Notes: generated by a model from the sequence alone, not told the origin. Counted from the first letter of the stretch, positions 7,762 through 17,937 are shown. The stretch is 64,000 bases of DNA from Nitrospirota bacterium (GCA_005877815.1 VBOG01000028.1:4803-68802); one strand, 5' to 3'. Translations and numbers: made by a program.

Positions 7762-9738
7762 ATGATCTTCCGACTCCGTCCAGCACCCTCCACACGCCAT
7801 TCGCCCGCGATCGCATTCTGCGCGCTCTTGCTGATATGCGCAGGCGCGATCAACGCGTCGGCAGTGCCCGCTCCGCCCAAGATGGAGGACCAGGGCCGGG
7901 CTCAGAAAGCGCAGATTGATCTCGCGAAACGGCTGCTGGATGCGGGCGACCGCGAGGGATCGATTCAAACACTTCAAAAGCTGATTTCCGATTCCCCTGA
8001 AGGGTCGCATGTCCCTGAAGCGTACAGCCTGCTCGGTCGGCTCTTGACTGAAATGGGAAATACCGAAGAGGCGGCCGGCTATTACCGGCTCCTGCTGGAA
8101 GAATACCCGGCGTCGGAATTCGCGCCGGCCGCCCGTGTGGCGTTGGGTTTGGCTCTCTTGAGAGCGGGCCAGGTGGATGCCGCCCTTCCGTTACTCCAGG
8201 AAGCCAAGGGCCAAACGCCGGATGCCGCGTCCAGGCTGGCGGTCCTCGCCGGACTGGAGGAGGCCTATCTCGCCAAGGGTGATCATGCAAAAGCCATCGA
8301 AGCTGCCGCCGAAGCACGTGCCCTCTCTTCTGAAGAAAATGGACAACGGATCGAGGACCGCATCCGACAGATGTTGAGAAAGGCTGGCGAGCCGGACCTC
8401 CGCCGGATCGCCGAGCGCTATCTTCACGATTTCCCGGGCGATGCGGCACTGCTCCGCTTGCTGGAGCTGCATGTCGCGGCGGGCGATGACTTTAAGGTCA
8501 CACGGGACACGCGGCAGTTCCTGCAACGCTTTCCAAAACATCCGCTGGCCGGCATCGCCACGGATGCGTTGATCGCCCAGCGCAAGAAACTGAAAGGGAA
8601 GGATGTCATCATTGGTGCGTTGCTTCCCTTCACCGGCTCGCTGCAGTCCTACAGCCAGGACGTGCTCAACGGCGCCAGGGTCGCGCTGGACGAGGCCTTG
8701 GAAACATCGTCTCGCTTCTCGCTCGGCCTGGTCACCAAGGACACCGAAGGCGACGACAAGATGCTCGCGATCGAACTCGACGACTTGCTGGAGGGCTACC
8801 GGCCTGTCGCCGTCATCGGTCCTCTGTTGACGCGCAATGTCAAAGCAATCGCGCCTGCCGCCGACCTGCACCAGGTGCCGTTCCTGACCCCCACCGCCAC
8901 CCTGTCCGAGGTGCAGCGGCTCAGCCCGTACCTCTTCAACACCGGCGTGAACAATCGCGCCTTGGTCAGGGATCTCGCGGCCTACGCCATCGACGCGCTG
9001 GGTTGCAAGCGCGTGACGATCCTGGCGCCACAGGACGCCTATGGCGCGGAAATGGCGCAGACATTTACCGAAGAGATGCGCAGGCTGGGCGCGGAGATCA
9101 TCGTCTCGGAAACCTATGCCCTGGACGTGACCGATTTCGGACAGCCGATTAAGCGGATCAAAGACGTCGACCTCAAGCGATACGGCAAACTCGAGACCTC
9201 CCCCACCGTGATGAAGAAAGGCAAACCGGTGAAAATGTACGTGCCCGGTTTCGACGCGATTTTTTTGCCGGGCGACGCCGCCAAGGTGGGGCTGATTGCG
9301 GGCCAGTTGCAATTCCATGGAATGAAAGTGGTCCTGCTGGGCACCAACGGCATGAACTCCCCGGACCTGATCCGCATTGGCTCTCGCGCCGTCGAGGGCG
9401 CAGTCTTTGCCGATAGCTTTTTCGTGGACAGCCCCGAACCGGCCGTGCGAAACTTCGTCGAGCGCTACGTGAGGCGATTCAAGGAACCGCCGTCCCCGTT
9501 CGCCGCGCAAGCGTATGAGGCGATGCAACTGGCCCTGAGTGCTGTGCGCGGCGGCGCCCTGACCGGCAGGGCCGTGCGCGACCGTATTGCCAGTACCAGG
9601 AACGTCCCGGGTCTCGCAGGCCCGGTCAGCATGAACCCGACGGGCTATCTCGAGCGGCGGTACAGCATCATACAAGTCAAGGGCGGCAAGTTCGTGCCCG
9701 CTCCACCCGCCGCGTTCATCGGCCCGCAACTACCATGA
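7762..9738 (+). CDS. exported TPR-repeat / type-1 periplasmic-binding-fold protein (LpoA- or LivK-like architecture)
   Basis: 658 aa with a signal peptide, N-terminal TPR-like helices and a C-terminal PBP1 fold (IGALLPFTGSLQSYSQDVLNGARVAL ... IFLPGDAAKVGLIAGQLQFHG). Confidence 0.7.
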   Translation: MIFRLRPAPSTRHSPAIAFCALLLICAGAINASAVPAPPKMEDQGRAQKAQIDLAKRLLDAGDREGSIQTLQKLISDSPEGSHVPEAYSLLGRLLTEMGNTEEAAGYYRLLLEEYPASEFAPAARVALGLALLRAGQVDAALPLLQEAKGQTPDAASRLAVLAGLEEAYLAKGDHAKAIEAAAEARALSSEENGQRIEDRIRQMLRKAGEPDLRRIAERYLHDFPGDAALLRLLELHVAAGDDFKVTRDTRQFLQRFPKHPLAGIATDALIAQRKKLKGKDVIIGALLPFTGSLQSYSQDVLNGARVALDEALETSSRFSLGLVTKDTEGDDKMLAIELDDLLEGYRPVAVIGPLLTRNVKAIAPAADLHQVPFLTPTATLSEVQRLSPYLFNTGVNNRALVRDLAAYAIDALGCKRVTILAPQDAYGAEMAQTFTEEMRRLGAEIIVSETYALDVTDFGQPIKRIKDVDLKRYGKLETSPTVMKKGKPVKMYVPGFDAIFLPGDAAKVGLIAGQLQFHGMKVVLLGTNGMNSPDLIRIGSRAVEGAVFADSFFVDSPEPAVRNFVERYVRRFKEPPSPFAAQAYEAMQLALSAVRGGALTGRAVRDRIASTRNVPGLAGPVSMNPTGYLERRYSIIQVKGGKFVPAPPAAFIGPQLP

Positions 9739-9760
9739 TGGCTGTGATGGAAACGATCTG

Positions 9761-10741
9761 ATGTCCACACGCGTATTGAGCGGTATGCAGCCGAGCGGTC
9801 GGATGCACCTCGGCAATCTGCTCGGGGCGCTCGAGAACTTCAAGCGGCTGCAGGCCGAGTACGAATGCTTTTACTTCATCGCGGACTGGCACGCGCTGTC
9901 CACCAATTACGAGGACACATCCCACATCCGTGAATGGGTGCGTGACATGCTGATGGACTGGCTGGCCAGCGGCATTGACCCGGCGCGTGCGACGCTGTTC
10001 GTACAATCGCGGGTGCCGGAACATGCCGTGCTGCACCTCCTGCTGTCCATGATCACCCCGGTGCCGTGGCTAGAGCGGAATCCGACCTATAAGGAGAAGC
10101 AGGAAAACATCGACGGCCGGGACCTTTCAAGTTACGGATTCCTCGGCTACCCGATCCTCCAGGCCGCCGACATTTTGCTCTATAAGGGCAATCTCGTGCC
10201 GGTCGGGGTCGACCAACTTCCTCATCTCGAGTTGACCCGTGAGATCACCCGGCGATTCAACAGTCTCTATAAGCCCATCTTCCCGGAGCCGCAGGCTTTG
10301 CTGACTGCGATCCCCAAGGTCCCCGGCACGGACGGCCGCAAGATGAGCAAGAGCTACAACAATACGATCAACCTCTCTGATACTGAAGCGCAGGTCCGCG
10401 CCAAGCTGAAGACCATGGTGACGGACCCGGCTCGCGTCCGGCGGACGGACAAGGGCAATCCGGACGTCTGCCCGGTCTTTACCATCCACAAATCCGTCTC
10501 TGCGCCGGCGGTGATTGAACAGGTGAACAAGGAATGCCGGACCGCAGCCATCGGGTGCATTGACTGCAAAAAACTTTCAGCCGATGCGATCGTCGCCAAG
10601 CTAACGCCGATCTGGGAAAAGCGACGCGAACTGGAGCGCATGCCGAAGCGGGTGGACAAAGTGATCGCGGAGGGCACCACACGAGCCGGTTCGGTCGCCC
10701 GTCAAACGATCGCCGAAGTGAGCGAGGTCATGCATATCTAA
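9761..10741 (+). CDS. trpS: tryptophan--tRNA ligase
   Basis: 326 aa with the class I motifs GRMHLGN (HIGH-like) and KMSKS. Confidence 0.95.
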   Translation: MSTRVLSGMQPSGRMHLGNLLGALENFKRLQAEYECFYFIADWHALSTNYEDTSHIREWVRDMLMDWLASGIDPARATLFVQSRVPEHAVLHLLLSMITPVPWLERNPTYKEKQENIDGRDLSSYGFLGYPILQAADILLYKGNLVPVGVDQLPHLELTREITRRFNSLYKPIFPEPQALLTAIPKVPGTDGRKMSKSYNNTINLSDTEAQVRAKLKTMVTDPARVRRTDKGNPDVCPVFTIHKSVSAPAVIEQVNKECRTAAIGCIDCKKLSADAIVAKLTPIWEKRRELERMPKRVDKVIAEGTTRAGSVARQTIAEVSEVMHI

Positions 10742-10799
10742 CCCTCGCGTTTCGAGCCTCCCGGCTCAACGCGCGCTGTGAATTGAACGCTTAAGGTGA

Positions 10800-11891
<1,092 letters not shown>

Positions 11892-11903
11892 GCCGCCGTC
11901 CAT

Positions 11904-11933
11904 ATGAACCTCAACAAAATGAACCTCAACAAA
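11904..11933 (+). repeat. perfect 15-bp tandem duplication spanning the pgk start codon
   Basis: ATGAACCTCAACAAA occurs twice in a row (11904-11918 and 11919-11933), giving MNLNK-MNLNK. Confidence 0.95.
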
Positions 11934-13115
11934 GTCAGCATCGAGGACCTGAACCTCCAAGGGAAGCGGGTCATCATACGGGCGGATTTCAACGTCCCCC
12001 TCGATGAAACCGGCCACATTACGGACGATACCCGCATCCGCGGGACGCTCCCCACGATCAACTATGCGGTGGACGAGGGCGCGCGCGTCATTCTGTGCTC
12101 GCACCTCGACCGGCCGGAAGGGCGCGACCCGCGCCTGAGCCTCGCCCCTGTCGCCCGCCGTCTGCAACGCCTTCTCGGCAAGGAAGTCGGCTTCGCCGAG
12201 GACTGTATCGGACCCCAGACCGAGAAGCTCGTCAGCAAGATGAAGCCGGGGGATGTGCTGCTGCTTGAGAACTTGCGGTACCATGCCGGCGAGGAGCAGA
12301 ACGACGAGCAGTTCGCGAAGGCGCTCGCGTCTCTCGCCGATGTCTATGTCAACGACGCGTTCGGGGCGGCGCATCGCAACCACGCCTCCATTACCGGCAT
12401 CACGAAGTTTCTGCCGGACGCCGGCGCCGGCTTTCTCATGCGGAAGGAAATCGAGTACCTGGAGGGCGCCGTTGCGAACCCCATGCGCCCCTTTGTCGCC
12501 ATTTTGGGCGGCGCCAAAGTGTCCGGGAAGATCGGGGTCATCGAGAACCTGGGGAAAAAGGTCGACAAGGTCATCATCGGCGGCGGCATGGCGTTCACCT
12601 ATCTCAAAGCGCAGGGCTATGAAGTGGGCAATTCGGTCGTCGAAGAACGCATGCTCAAGTTCGCCAAGGAGATTCAGGAGCATGCGATCAGCCGGGACGT
12701 GAAATTCTACCTTCCCGTGGACTGCGTCGTCGCAGCCAGCCTCAACCCCGGCGCCGAGAGCAAGATCGTCACGTCGCAGGAGATCCCGAAAGGCTGGTAT
12801 GCGCTGGACATCGGTCCCGCTTCCGTCAAGCTCTTCACCGAGGCCCTCGGCAATGCCAAGACGATCCTCTGGAACGGCCCGATGGGCGTGTTCGAAAAGG
12901 ACGCCTATTCACGAGGTACACTGGCGGTTGCGCACGCCGTCGCGGACGCCTACGCCTTGACCATCGTCGGTGGAGCGGATACAGCGCTGGCGGTGCACCG
13001 GGCCGGCGTCTCGGAAAGCATGTCCTTCATATCCACGGGCGGCGGCGCGGCCCTGGAGCTGCTCGAAGGCAAGGAACTGCCGGGCATCGCCGCTCTTCCC
13101 GATCGGCGCGCCTAA
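11904..13115 (+). CDS. pgk: phosphoglycerate kinase
   Basis: 403 aa with GKRVIIRADFNVP and the rest PGK-like throughout. The start may be the second ATG at 11919. Confidence 0.95.
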   Translation: MNLNKMNLNKVSIEDLNLQGKRVIIRADFNVPLDETGHITDDTRIRGTLPTINYAVDEGARVILCSHLDRPEGRDPRLSLAPVARRLQRLLGKEVGFAEDCIGPQTEKLVSKMKPGDVLLLENLRYHAGEEQNDEQFAKALASLADVYVNDAFGAAHRNHASITGITKFLPDAGAGFLMRKEIEYLEGAVANPMRPFVAILGGAKVSGKIGVIENLGKKVDKVIIGGGMAFTYLKAQGYEVGNSVVEERMLKFAKEIQEHAISRDVKFYLPVDCVVAASLNPGAESKIVTSQEIPKGWYALDIGPASVKLFTEALGNAKTILWNGPMGVFEKDAYSRGTLAVAHAVADAYALTIVGGADTALAVHRAGVSESMSFISTGGGAALELLEGKELPGIAALPDRRA

Positions 13116-13147
13116 CCCTTGCGCGGCACCTAACCCTGGCTCACATC

Positions 13148-13930
13148 ATGCGACGGCATCGGCTGATCGTCGGGAACTGGAAAATGCACAAGACGATCCC
13201 GGAGGCCGTGGACTTCTTGGGTCAGCTCACCGAACTGCTTACGCGCGGCGAGTATGAGCCCTCCACGGGCGTCAAGGTCGTCATCGCGCCACCCTTCACC
13301 GCACTGTCTGCGGTGGCCGCGGCACTAGGGACTCTTCCCTTCCTGCTCGGCGCGCAAGACCTTCATTGGGAAGACCAGGGCGCGTTTACCGGCGAGATTT
13401 CCGGAGGGATGCTGGCCGACATCGGCTGCCGCTATGTCATCGTGGGCCATTCGGAACGGCGGCGGTACTTCGGGGACACCGATGGGATCGTGCAGAAGAA
13501 GGCCGCAGCGGCGCTCCGCCATGGATTGCATCCGATCGTATGCATCGGGGAATCGCTGGACCAGCGGCTGAGCGGGCAGACCGAGCACCTTCTTTCGACG
13601 CAACTCACCGAATCCTTGGCCGCGGTGTCGAAGGAACAGGCCCAGGATGTGGTGATCGCCTATGAGCCTGTCTGGGCCATTGGATCGGGGCATCCGGCAA
13701 CGCCGGAGCAGGCGCATGACGCCCACCGACACATCAGAACTCTGTTGATCGCGCTCTGGGGGGAAGACGCCGGAGAGCGGGTGCCGATCCTCTACGGCGG
13801 AAGCGTCGTGCCGGAGAACACTCGGAACCTGCTCGTGACTCCGTACATTGACGGCGCACTCGTGGGCGGCGCTTGCCTGAATCCCGTTCTCTTTGCTAAG
13901 ATACTCGCCGTTGCCGGATCGTTGAATTAG
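13148..13930 (+). CDS. tpiA: triose-phosphate isomerase
   Basis: 260 aa with GNWKMH, VIVGHSERR and AYEPVWAIG. Confidence 0.95.
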   Translation: MRRHRLIVGNWKMHKTIPEAVDFLGQLTELLTRGEYEPSTGVKVVIAPPFTALSAVAAALGTLPFLLGAQDLHWEDQGAFTGEISGGMLADIGCRYVIVGHSERRRYFGDTDGIVQKKAAAALRHGLHPIVCIGESLDQRLSGQTEHLLSTQLTESLAAVSKEQAQDVVIAYEPVWAIGSGHPATPEQAHDAHRHIRTLLIALWGEDAGERVPILYGGSVVPENTRNLLVTPYIDGALVGGACLNPVLFAKILAVAGSLN

Positions 13931-13941
13931 GAATCTCGCCC

Positions 13942-14301
13942 GTGTACACCGCATTGATCGTGCTTCATATTCTGGTGGCCTTCATCATGGTCGGGGTCAT
14001 CCTGCTGCAATCCGGGAAGGGCGCCGAGATCGGAGCCGCCTTCGGAGGCTCGAGCCAGACCGTCTTCGGGTCCCGCGGCGCAGGCACGTTTTTGAGCAAG
14101 ATGACCGCGGTAGCCGCCACGATCTTCATGTTGACGTCCCTCTCCCTGGCGATCATGTCCAAACGGGTGAATTACTCCTCGACCATCGGGCTCGACACGC
14201 CCGCCCCCACTGCGACGACTCCTCCAACTCCCGCGGAACCCGCCAAGGACCACGACACGCATGACGCGAACCCCGCATCTCCCGCACCAACCAAGCCGTA
14301 G
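13942..14301 (+). CDS. secG: preprotein translocase subunit SecG
   Basis: GTG start. The LLQSGKGAEIGAAFGG motif, two TM helices and the conserved tpiA-secG order support the call. Confidence 0.85.
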   Translation: MYTALIVLHILVAFIMVGVILLQSGKGAEIGAAFGGSSQTVFGSRGAGTFLSKMTAVAATIFMLTSLSLAIMSKRVNYSSTIGLDTPAPTATTPPTPAEPAKDHDTHDANPASPAPTKP

Positions 14302-14391
14302 CTCCGCCGGTCCTACTGCAGATCAGGAAAAATGCCAGTGAGCCCGAAGTATAAACGTGGGCGTAGAAGACGAGGGGGGTTTGGGCGAGGG

Positions 14392-14625
14392 TTAGCGTTC
14401 AGCTCGCGGCCGGATAAATCCCTGCATGATACATTCCTTCAAAAGCTGGGCGGTATTGGAAACCCGAAGCTTCTTCATAATGTTCGCCCGATGAGCTTCA
14501 ACGGTCTTCCGGCTGATCTTGAGCTGAGTGCCAACCTCGCGACTTTTCAAGCCGTTCCAGATCAGATGGATGATCTCTTGCTCCCGGTCTGTTAACCATA
14601 ATTTGCGTCGTTCGGCGATCGCCAT
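14392..14625 (-). CDS. stand-alone LuxR/GerE-type HTH transcriptional regulator (77 aa)
   Basis: LTDREQEIIHLIWNGLKSREVGTQLKISRKTVEAHRANIMKKL is a GerE HTH domain with no receiver or sensor domain. GGAGG lies 5 nt upstream of the ATG. Confidence 0.75.
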   Translation of the reverse strand: MAIAERRKLWLTDREQEIIHLIWNGLKSREVGTQLKISRKTVEAHRANIMKKLRVSNTAQLLKECIMQGFIRPRAER

Positions 14626-14670
14626 AATGCCTCCTCAGTTTTCAAGAACACGCCTTCACCGAACAATATT

Positions 14671-14686
14671 GGCAATTAGGATGCCA
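14671..14686 (-). promoter_or_regulatory. sigma-54 (-24/-12) promoter candidate TGGCAT-N5-TTGCC
   Basis: The minus strand reads TGGCATCCTAATTGCC. GG and GC are spaced exactly as in the consensus TGGCAC-N5-TTGCW. It lies about 45 nt upstream of the LuxR-type ATG. Confidence 0.5.
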
Positions 14687-14753
14687 AGGGCTAAGTCGCT
14701 GATATCGTTTTGTTCCCTCCCCATTGCACCATGCTCAATGTAAAATTTTCTGG

Positions 14754-14774
14754 CAGTTGTTCGTTGAACAATTG
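14754..14774. promoter_or_regulatory. 21-bp inverted repeat, candidate upstream activator site
   Basis: CAGTTGTTC-GTT-GAACAATTG has 8 of 9 arm positions matching. It lies 68-88 bp upstream of the -24 element on the minus strand. Confidence 0.3.
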
Positions 14775-15029
14775 ATGCTCTAAGTAATCTCACCTGCGTG
14801 AGCGGCGGTTCCCTAAGACTTTATAAAATTTCAGCCTTCTCGTCCAAGGCCAACCACTAACAGAAAATTTCACTAATATGTTCAACCTGAAGGTTTTCGG
14901 CACTAAGAGAAGAATCAAAAAGTTAGAAAAACAGTCACCCTACGGACGGGGGAAAGAAGGAACATCAGTAAACAGTAAGTGTAGACACGGATGAATTTCG
15001 ATGAATGGCGACGAACAAATCGGCGGAGA

Positions 15030-15944
15030 CTACAACGGCGAAATCCAGGAAGCGTGCTGATGGTCTTTGCCCCGGACAATGTCGAAAAACGCAGCCTGCA
15101 GGTCCTTGGTGATCGGTCCTGGTTTTCCTGAGCCGACCTGGCGGTCGTCCACTTCCCGAATCGGAGTCAGCTCAGCCGCCGTGCCGGTCATGAAGACTTC
15201 TTCCGCGATATAGAGTTCATCCCGGGTGAAGCGCTCCTCCACGACGGCAATTCCCCGTTCGCGGGCCAGCTCCATCATGGAGTTGCGCGTGATGCCTTCA
15301 AGGATTGAGGTCAACGGCGTGGTTTTCAGGACTCCACGGCGCACCATGAAGATGTTCTCCCCTGTTCCTTCGGACACGTATCCCTCGGGGTCGAGCAAGA
15401 TTGCCTCGTCATAGCCGCACGCTTTGACCTCACGCTTCGCCATGATGGAGTTGACATAATAGCCGGAGACCTTGGCGCGCGTCATACTCACATTGACGTG
15501 ATGCCGCGTGAAAGACGAGATCCTGGCCCGGATACCGTTCTTGAGTCCGTCTTCTCCAAGGTAGGCGCCCCACGGCCACGCGGCGATGGCAACACGAATG
15601 GGGTTGTCCGGGGTGTACAGGCCCATGTCGCCGTCGCCGACAAACACGATTGGCCGGATGTAGCACTCTTCAAGTTTGTTCGAGCGAACCGTCTCGCAGA
15701 TCGCGTCGGCGATTTGTTTTTTCGAAAAAGGGATTTTCATGAGCATGATGTGAGCCGACGAGAACAACCGATCCACATGCTCGTCCAGCCGAAAGATAGC
15801 GGACCCCCGCTCGCCCTTGTAGCACCGGATCCCTTCGAACGCGGCCAACCCGTAGTGAAGGCTGTGCGTCATCACATGGATCTGCGCATCCTTCCAGGGA
15901 ACCAGCCTGCCGTCCAACCAGATTTTTTCCGATTGCTTAATCAC
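15030..15944 (-). CDS. ilvE: branched-chain-amino-acid aminotransferase
   Basis: 304 aa of the class IV aminotransferase family (GLAAFEGIRCY, EGTGENIF, GITR). Confidence 0.9.
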   Translation of the reverse strand: MIKQSEKIWLDGRLVPWKDAQIHVMTHSLHYGLAAFEGIRCYKGERGSAIFRLDEHVDRLFSSAHIMLMKIPFSKKQIADAICETVRSNKLEECYIRPIVFVGDGDMGLYTPDNPIRVAIAAWPWGAYLGEDGLKNGIRARISSFTRHHVNVSMTRAKVSGYYVNSIMAKREVKACGYDEAILLDPEGYVSEGTGENIFMVRRGVLKTTPLTSILEGITRNSMMELARERGIAVVEERFTRDELYIAEEVFMTGTAAELTPIREVDDRQVGSGKPGPITKDLQAAFFDIVRGKDHQHASWISPL

Positions 15945-16010
15945 GGGGCATCCTGCCTTTTCGCGATAATATCAGTGGGTTCGGGAGGTGTCAACGCAGT
16001 GTGAGACGCC

Positions 16011-16039
16011 TTGCATACAATCCGTCGAGTCCGTACACT
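16011..16039 (+). promoter_or_regulatory. sigma-70-type promoter candidate (TTGCAT-17-TACACT)
   Basis: TTGCAT at 16011-16016 and TACACT at 16034-16039, upstream of ATG 16082. Confidence 0.35.
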
Positions 16040-16081
16040 TGGTTTTCGACATCATCGATGACCGGAGAATGGAGGCGTCTC

Positions 16082-16318
16082 ATGGCGACACACAAGAAGG
16101 CAGCCCGGAAGCCGGGCAAGGTGCGGGCCGCTAAAAAACCTGCTGGACATTCGAGGAAATCCGGCGGCACTGCAGAATTGAAGGAACTTAGGACTCGAGT
16201 GGCCGCCCTTGAACATATGCTCGTCAAGAAGGAGATCTGCGATCACGATGAGTTGATACGCACCCGCGACACCGCTGGCATGCCGCGCGGCGGCTTCTCC
16301 TGGAACGATCAGGAATAA
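16082..16318 (+). CDS. hypothetical 78-aa protein with Lys/Ala/Pro-rich basic N-terminal tail
   Basis: GGAGG lies upstream of ATG 16082. Sequence begins MATHKKAARKPGKVRAAKKPAGHSRK, followed by a short coiled-coil-like segment. Confidence 0.4.
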   Translation: MATHKKAARKPGKVRAAKKPAGHSRKSGGTAELKELRTRVAALEHMLVKKEICDHDELIRTRDTAGMPRGGFSWNDQE

Positions 16319-16340
16319 ACGACCAGAGGACACAGACACC

Positions 16341-16508
16341 ATGGAAGACGCGAACAAGATCATCGCAAATTTTATGAAAGCCAGCACCGCTCTTGAAACC
16401 TATCTCCATAAAGGCGGTGCGCTGACTGCGCTTCAAGAGCAAAGCGTGAACACGACCATCATCTCCCTCCGAACGCTGTTCGACTTATGGAAAATGCATC
16501 CGACCTGA
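16341..16508 (+). CDS. possible 55-aa small protein (below the ORF-track cutoff)
   Basis: My own translation gives MEDANKIIANFMKASTALETYLHKGGALTALQEQSVNTTIISLRTLFDLWKMHPT*. It fills the gap before rplU. No family recognised. Confidence 0.25.
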   Translation: MEDANKIIANFMKASTALETYLHKGGALTALQEQSVNTTIISLRTLFDLWKMHPT

Positions 16509-16601
16509 CCCGCGCCCGGATACCGGCATGTGATTGACTTCCAGCCAAGGGCTGTGTTAAAAATCTCACTCCCCATACATTTGAAGACGGAGATCAGGGC
16601 G

Positions 16602-16919
16602 ATGTACGCGATTGTCGAAACAGGCGGAAAACAGTATCGGGCCGCGCAAGGCGATATCCTTGAAGTCGAGAAGCTCGACGGTGAAGTCGGCAGCACGATT
16701 ACGCTGAACAAGGTCTTGATGATCTCGGGCGAGGGCGTGGAGCCGAAGATCGGCAGTCCCGCGATCGCCAATGCTACCGTCACCGGCGAAGTGCTCGAGC
16801 AAGGGCGCCACAAGACGGTTATTGTGTTTAAGAAGAAGCGCAGGAAGAACTACCGCCGGACCAAGGGGCACCGGCAGTCGTTTACAAAACTGAAAATCAC
16901 AGGCATCTCAGGAGTCTAG
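16602..16919 (+). CDS. rplU: 50S ribosomal protein L21
   Basis: [13 protein letters not shown]... is a typical L21 N-terminus. The upstream 24 codons of the track ORF are rejected. Confidence 0.95.
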   Translation: MYAIVETGGKQYRAAQGDILEVEKLDGEVGSTITLNKVLMISGEGVEPKIGSPAIANATVTGEVLEQGRHKTVIVFKKKRRKNYRRTKGHRQSFTKLKITGISGV

Positions 16920-16921
16920 TC

Positions 16922-17209
16922 ATGGCGCACAAAAAAGGCCAAGGATCGATTCGGAACGGCCGGGACAGCAATCCCCAGTACCTCGGCGTCAAAGCCTACG
17001 GCGGCGAGCACGTCACGGGCGGCAGTATCATCGTCCGCCAGCGTGGCACGAAGATTCACCCCGGATTCAACGTCGGCCGAGGCAAGGACGATACATTGTT
17101 CGCGAAGATCACGGGGATCGTGAAGTTCGAAGGCCCGAAGGACCGCCGCCGCGCCAGCATAATTCCGACGCCCGCCGAAGCAGACACCGCTGCTGCCGCG
17201 ACAAAGTAA
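16922..17209 (+). CDS. rpmA: 50S ribosomal protein L27
   Basis: [24 protein letters not shown]... is a typical L27. Confidence 0.95.
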   Translation: MAHKKGQGSIRNGRDSNPQYLGVKAYGGEHVTGGSIIVRQRGTKIHPGFNVGRGKDDTLFAKITGIVKFEGPKDRRRASIIPTPAEADTAAAATK

Positions 17210-17232
17210 CTTCAGTTTCAATGTGTGAACGA

Positions 17233-17260
17233 AAAGCCGGCCTAAGCCGGCTTTCTTGTT
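17233..17260 (+). terminator. rho-independent terminator after rpmA
   Basis: Perfect 9-bp stem AAAGCCGGC / GCCGGCTTT with loop CTAA, followed by a T-rich tail (CTTGTT). Confidence 0.7.
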
Positions 17261-17304
17261 CTCGCGAAGGCACCTCACCAAGACTTCAAAGGAGGGCGAC
17301 GATC

Positions 17305-17937
17305 GTGCCGCAACGCACAGCACTCAGCATGGGCATTGTCCTGGCCCTTACTCTGGCCTCAACATCCTGCAGCACACCAGAACGGAGGAACGCCATGGCA
17401 GATCTCAAGGAACGGCCTTCAACGGAGCTCGCCGCCACGTTCGACGCGCATGTGAAGCATGAATTTGTGGACCAGGATGTTGACGCTACGATGCGGACGA
17501 TGGTCGCTGAGCCCTACCTGCTCCATCTCCCGACCTTGACGGGCGGCGTCGGCGCGGCGGCAGTGCGGCGCTTCTACTCGCGCTATTTCATCGGGAAATG
17601 GCCGGCAGACACCAAGGTCGTGCCCGTCTCGCGCACGGTGGGACGCGACCAGGTCGTGGACGAGCTGATCGTGAGCTTCACGCACGACGTCCCGCTCGAG
17701 TTCGCGCTTCCCGGTATCAAGCCGACCGGCAAGCATGTGGAGCTTCCTCATGTCGTGGTGATGAAGTTCGAGAACGGCAAGATCGCCCACGAGCACATTT
17801 ATTGGGACCAGGCGTCGCTTCTCGTGCAGGTCGGTCTCCTCGACCCCAAGATGCTTCCAGCCGTCGGGGTGGAGCAGGCACGAACCCTGCTCGATAAGTC
17901 GCAGCCCTTGAACACCCTGATGAAAACGGAACATTGA
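17305..17937 (+). CDS. NTF2/SnoaL-like fold protein, possibly exported
   Basis: AGGAGG lies 7 nt upstream of GTG 17305, followed by a hydrophobic N-terminus (MGIVLALTLASTSC). The family call is by general resemblance only. Confidence 0.55.
   Translation: MPQRTALSMGIVLALTLASTSCSTPERRNAMADLKERPSTELAATFDAHVKHEFVDQDVDATMRTMVAEPYLLHLPTLTGGVGAAAVRRFYSRYFIGKWPADTKVVPVSRTVGRDQVVDELIVSFTHDVPLEFALPGIKPTGKHVELPHVVVMKFENGKIAHEHIYWDQASLLVQVGLLDPKMLPAVGVEQARTLLDKSQPLNTLMKTEH

Noticed and set aside
8191-9729. 512-aa minus-strand ORF
   Set aside because: It is antisense to the TPR/PBP protein gene. It has the same compositional artefact and no domain signature.
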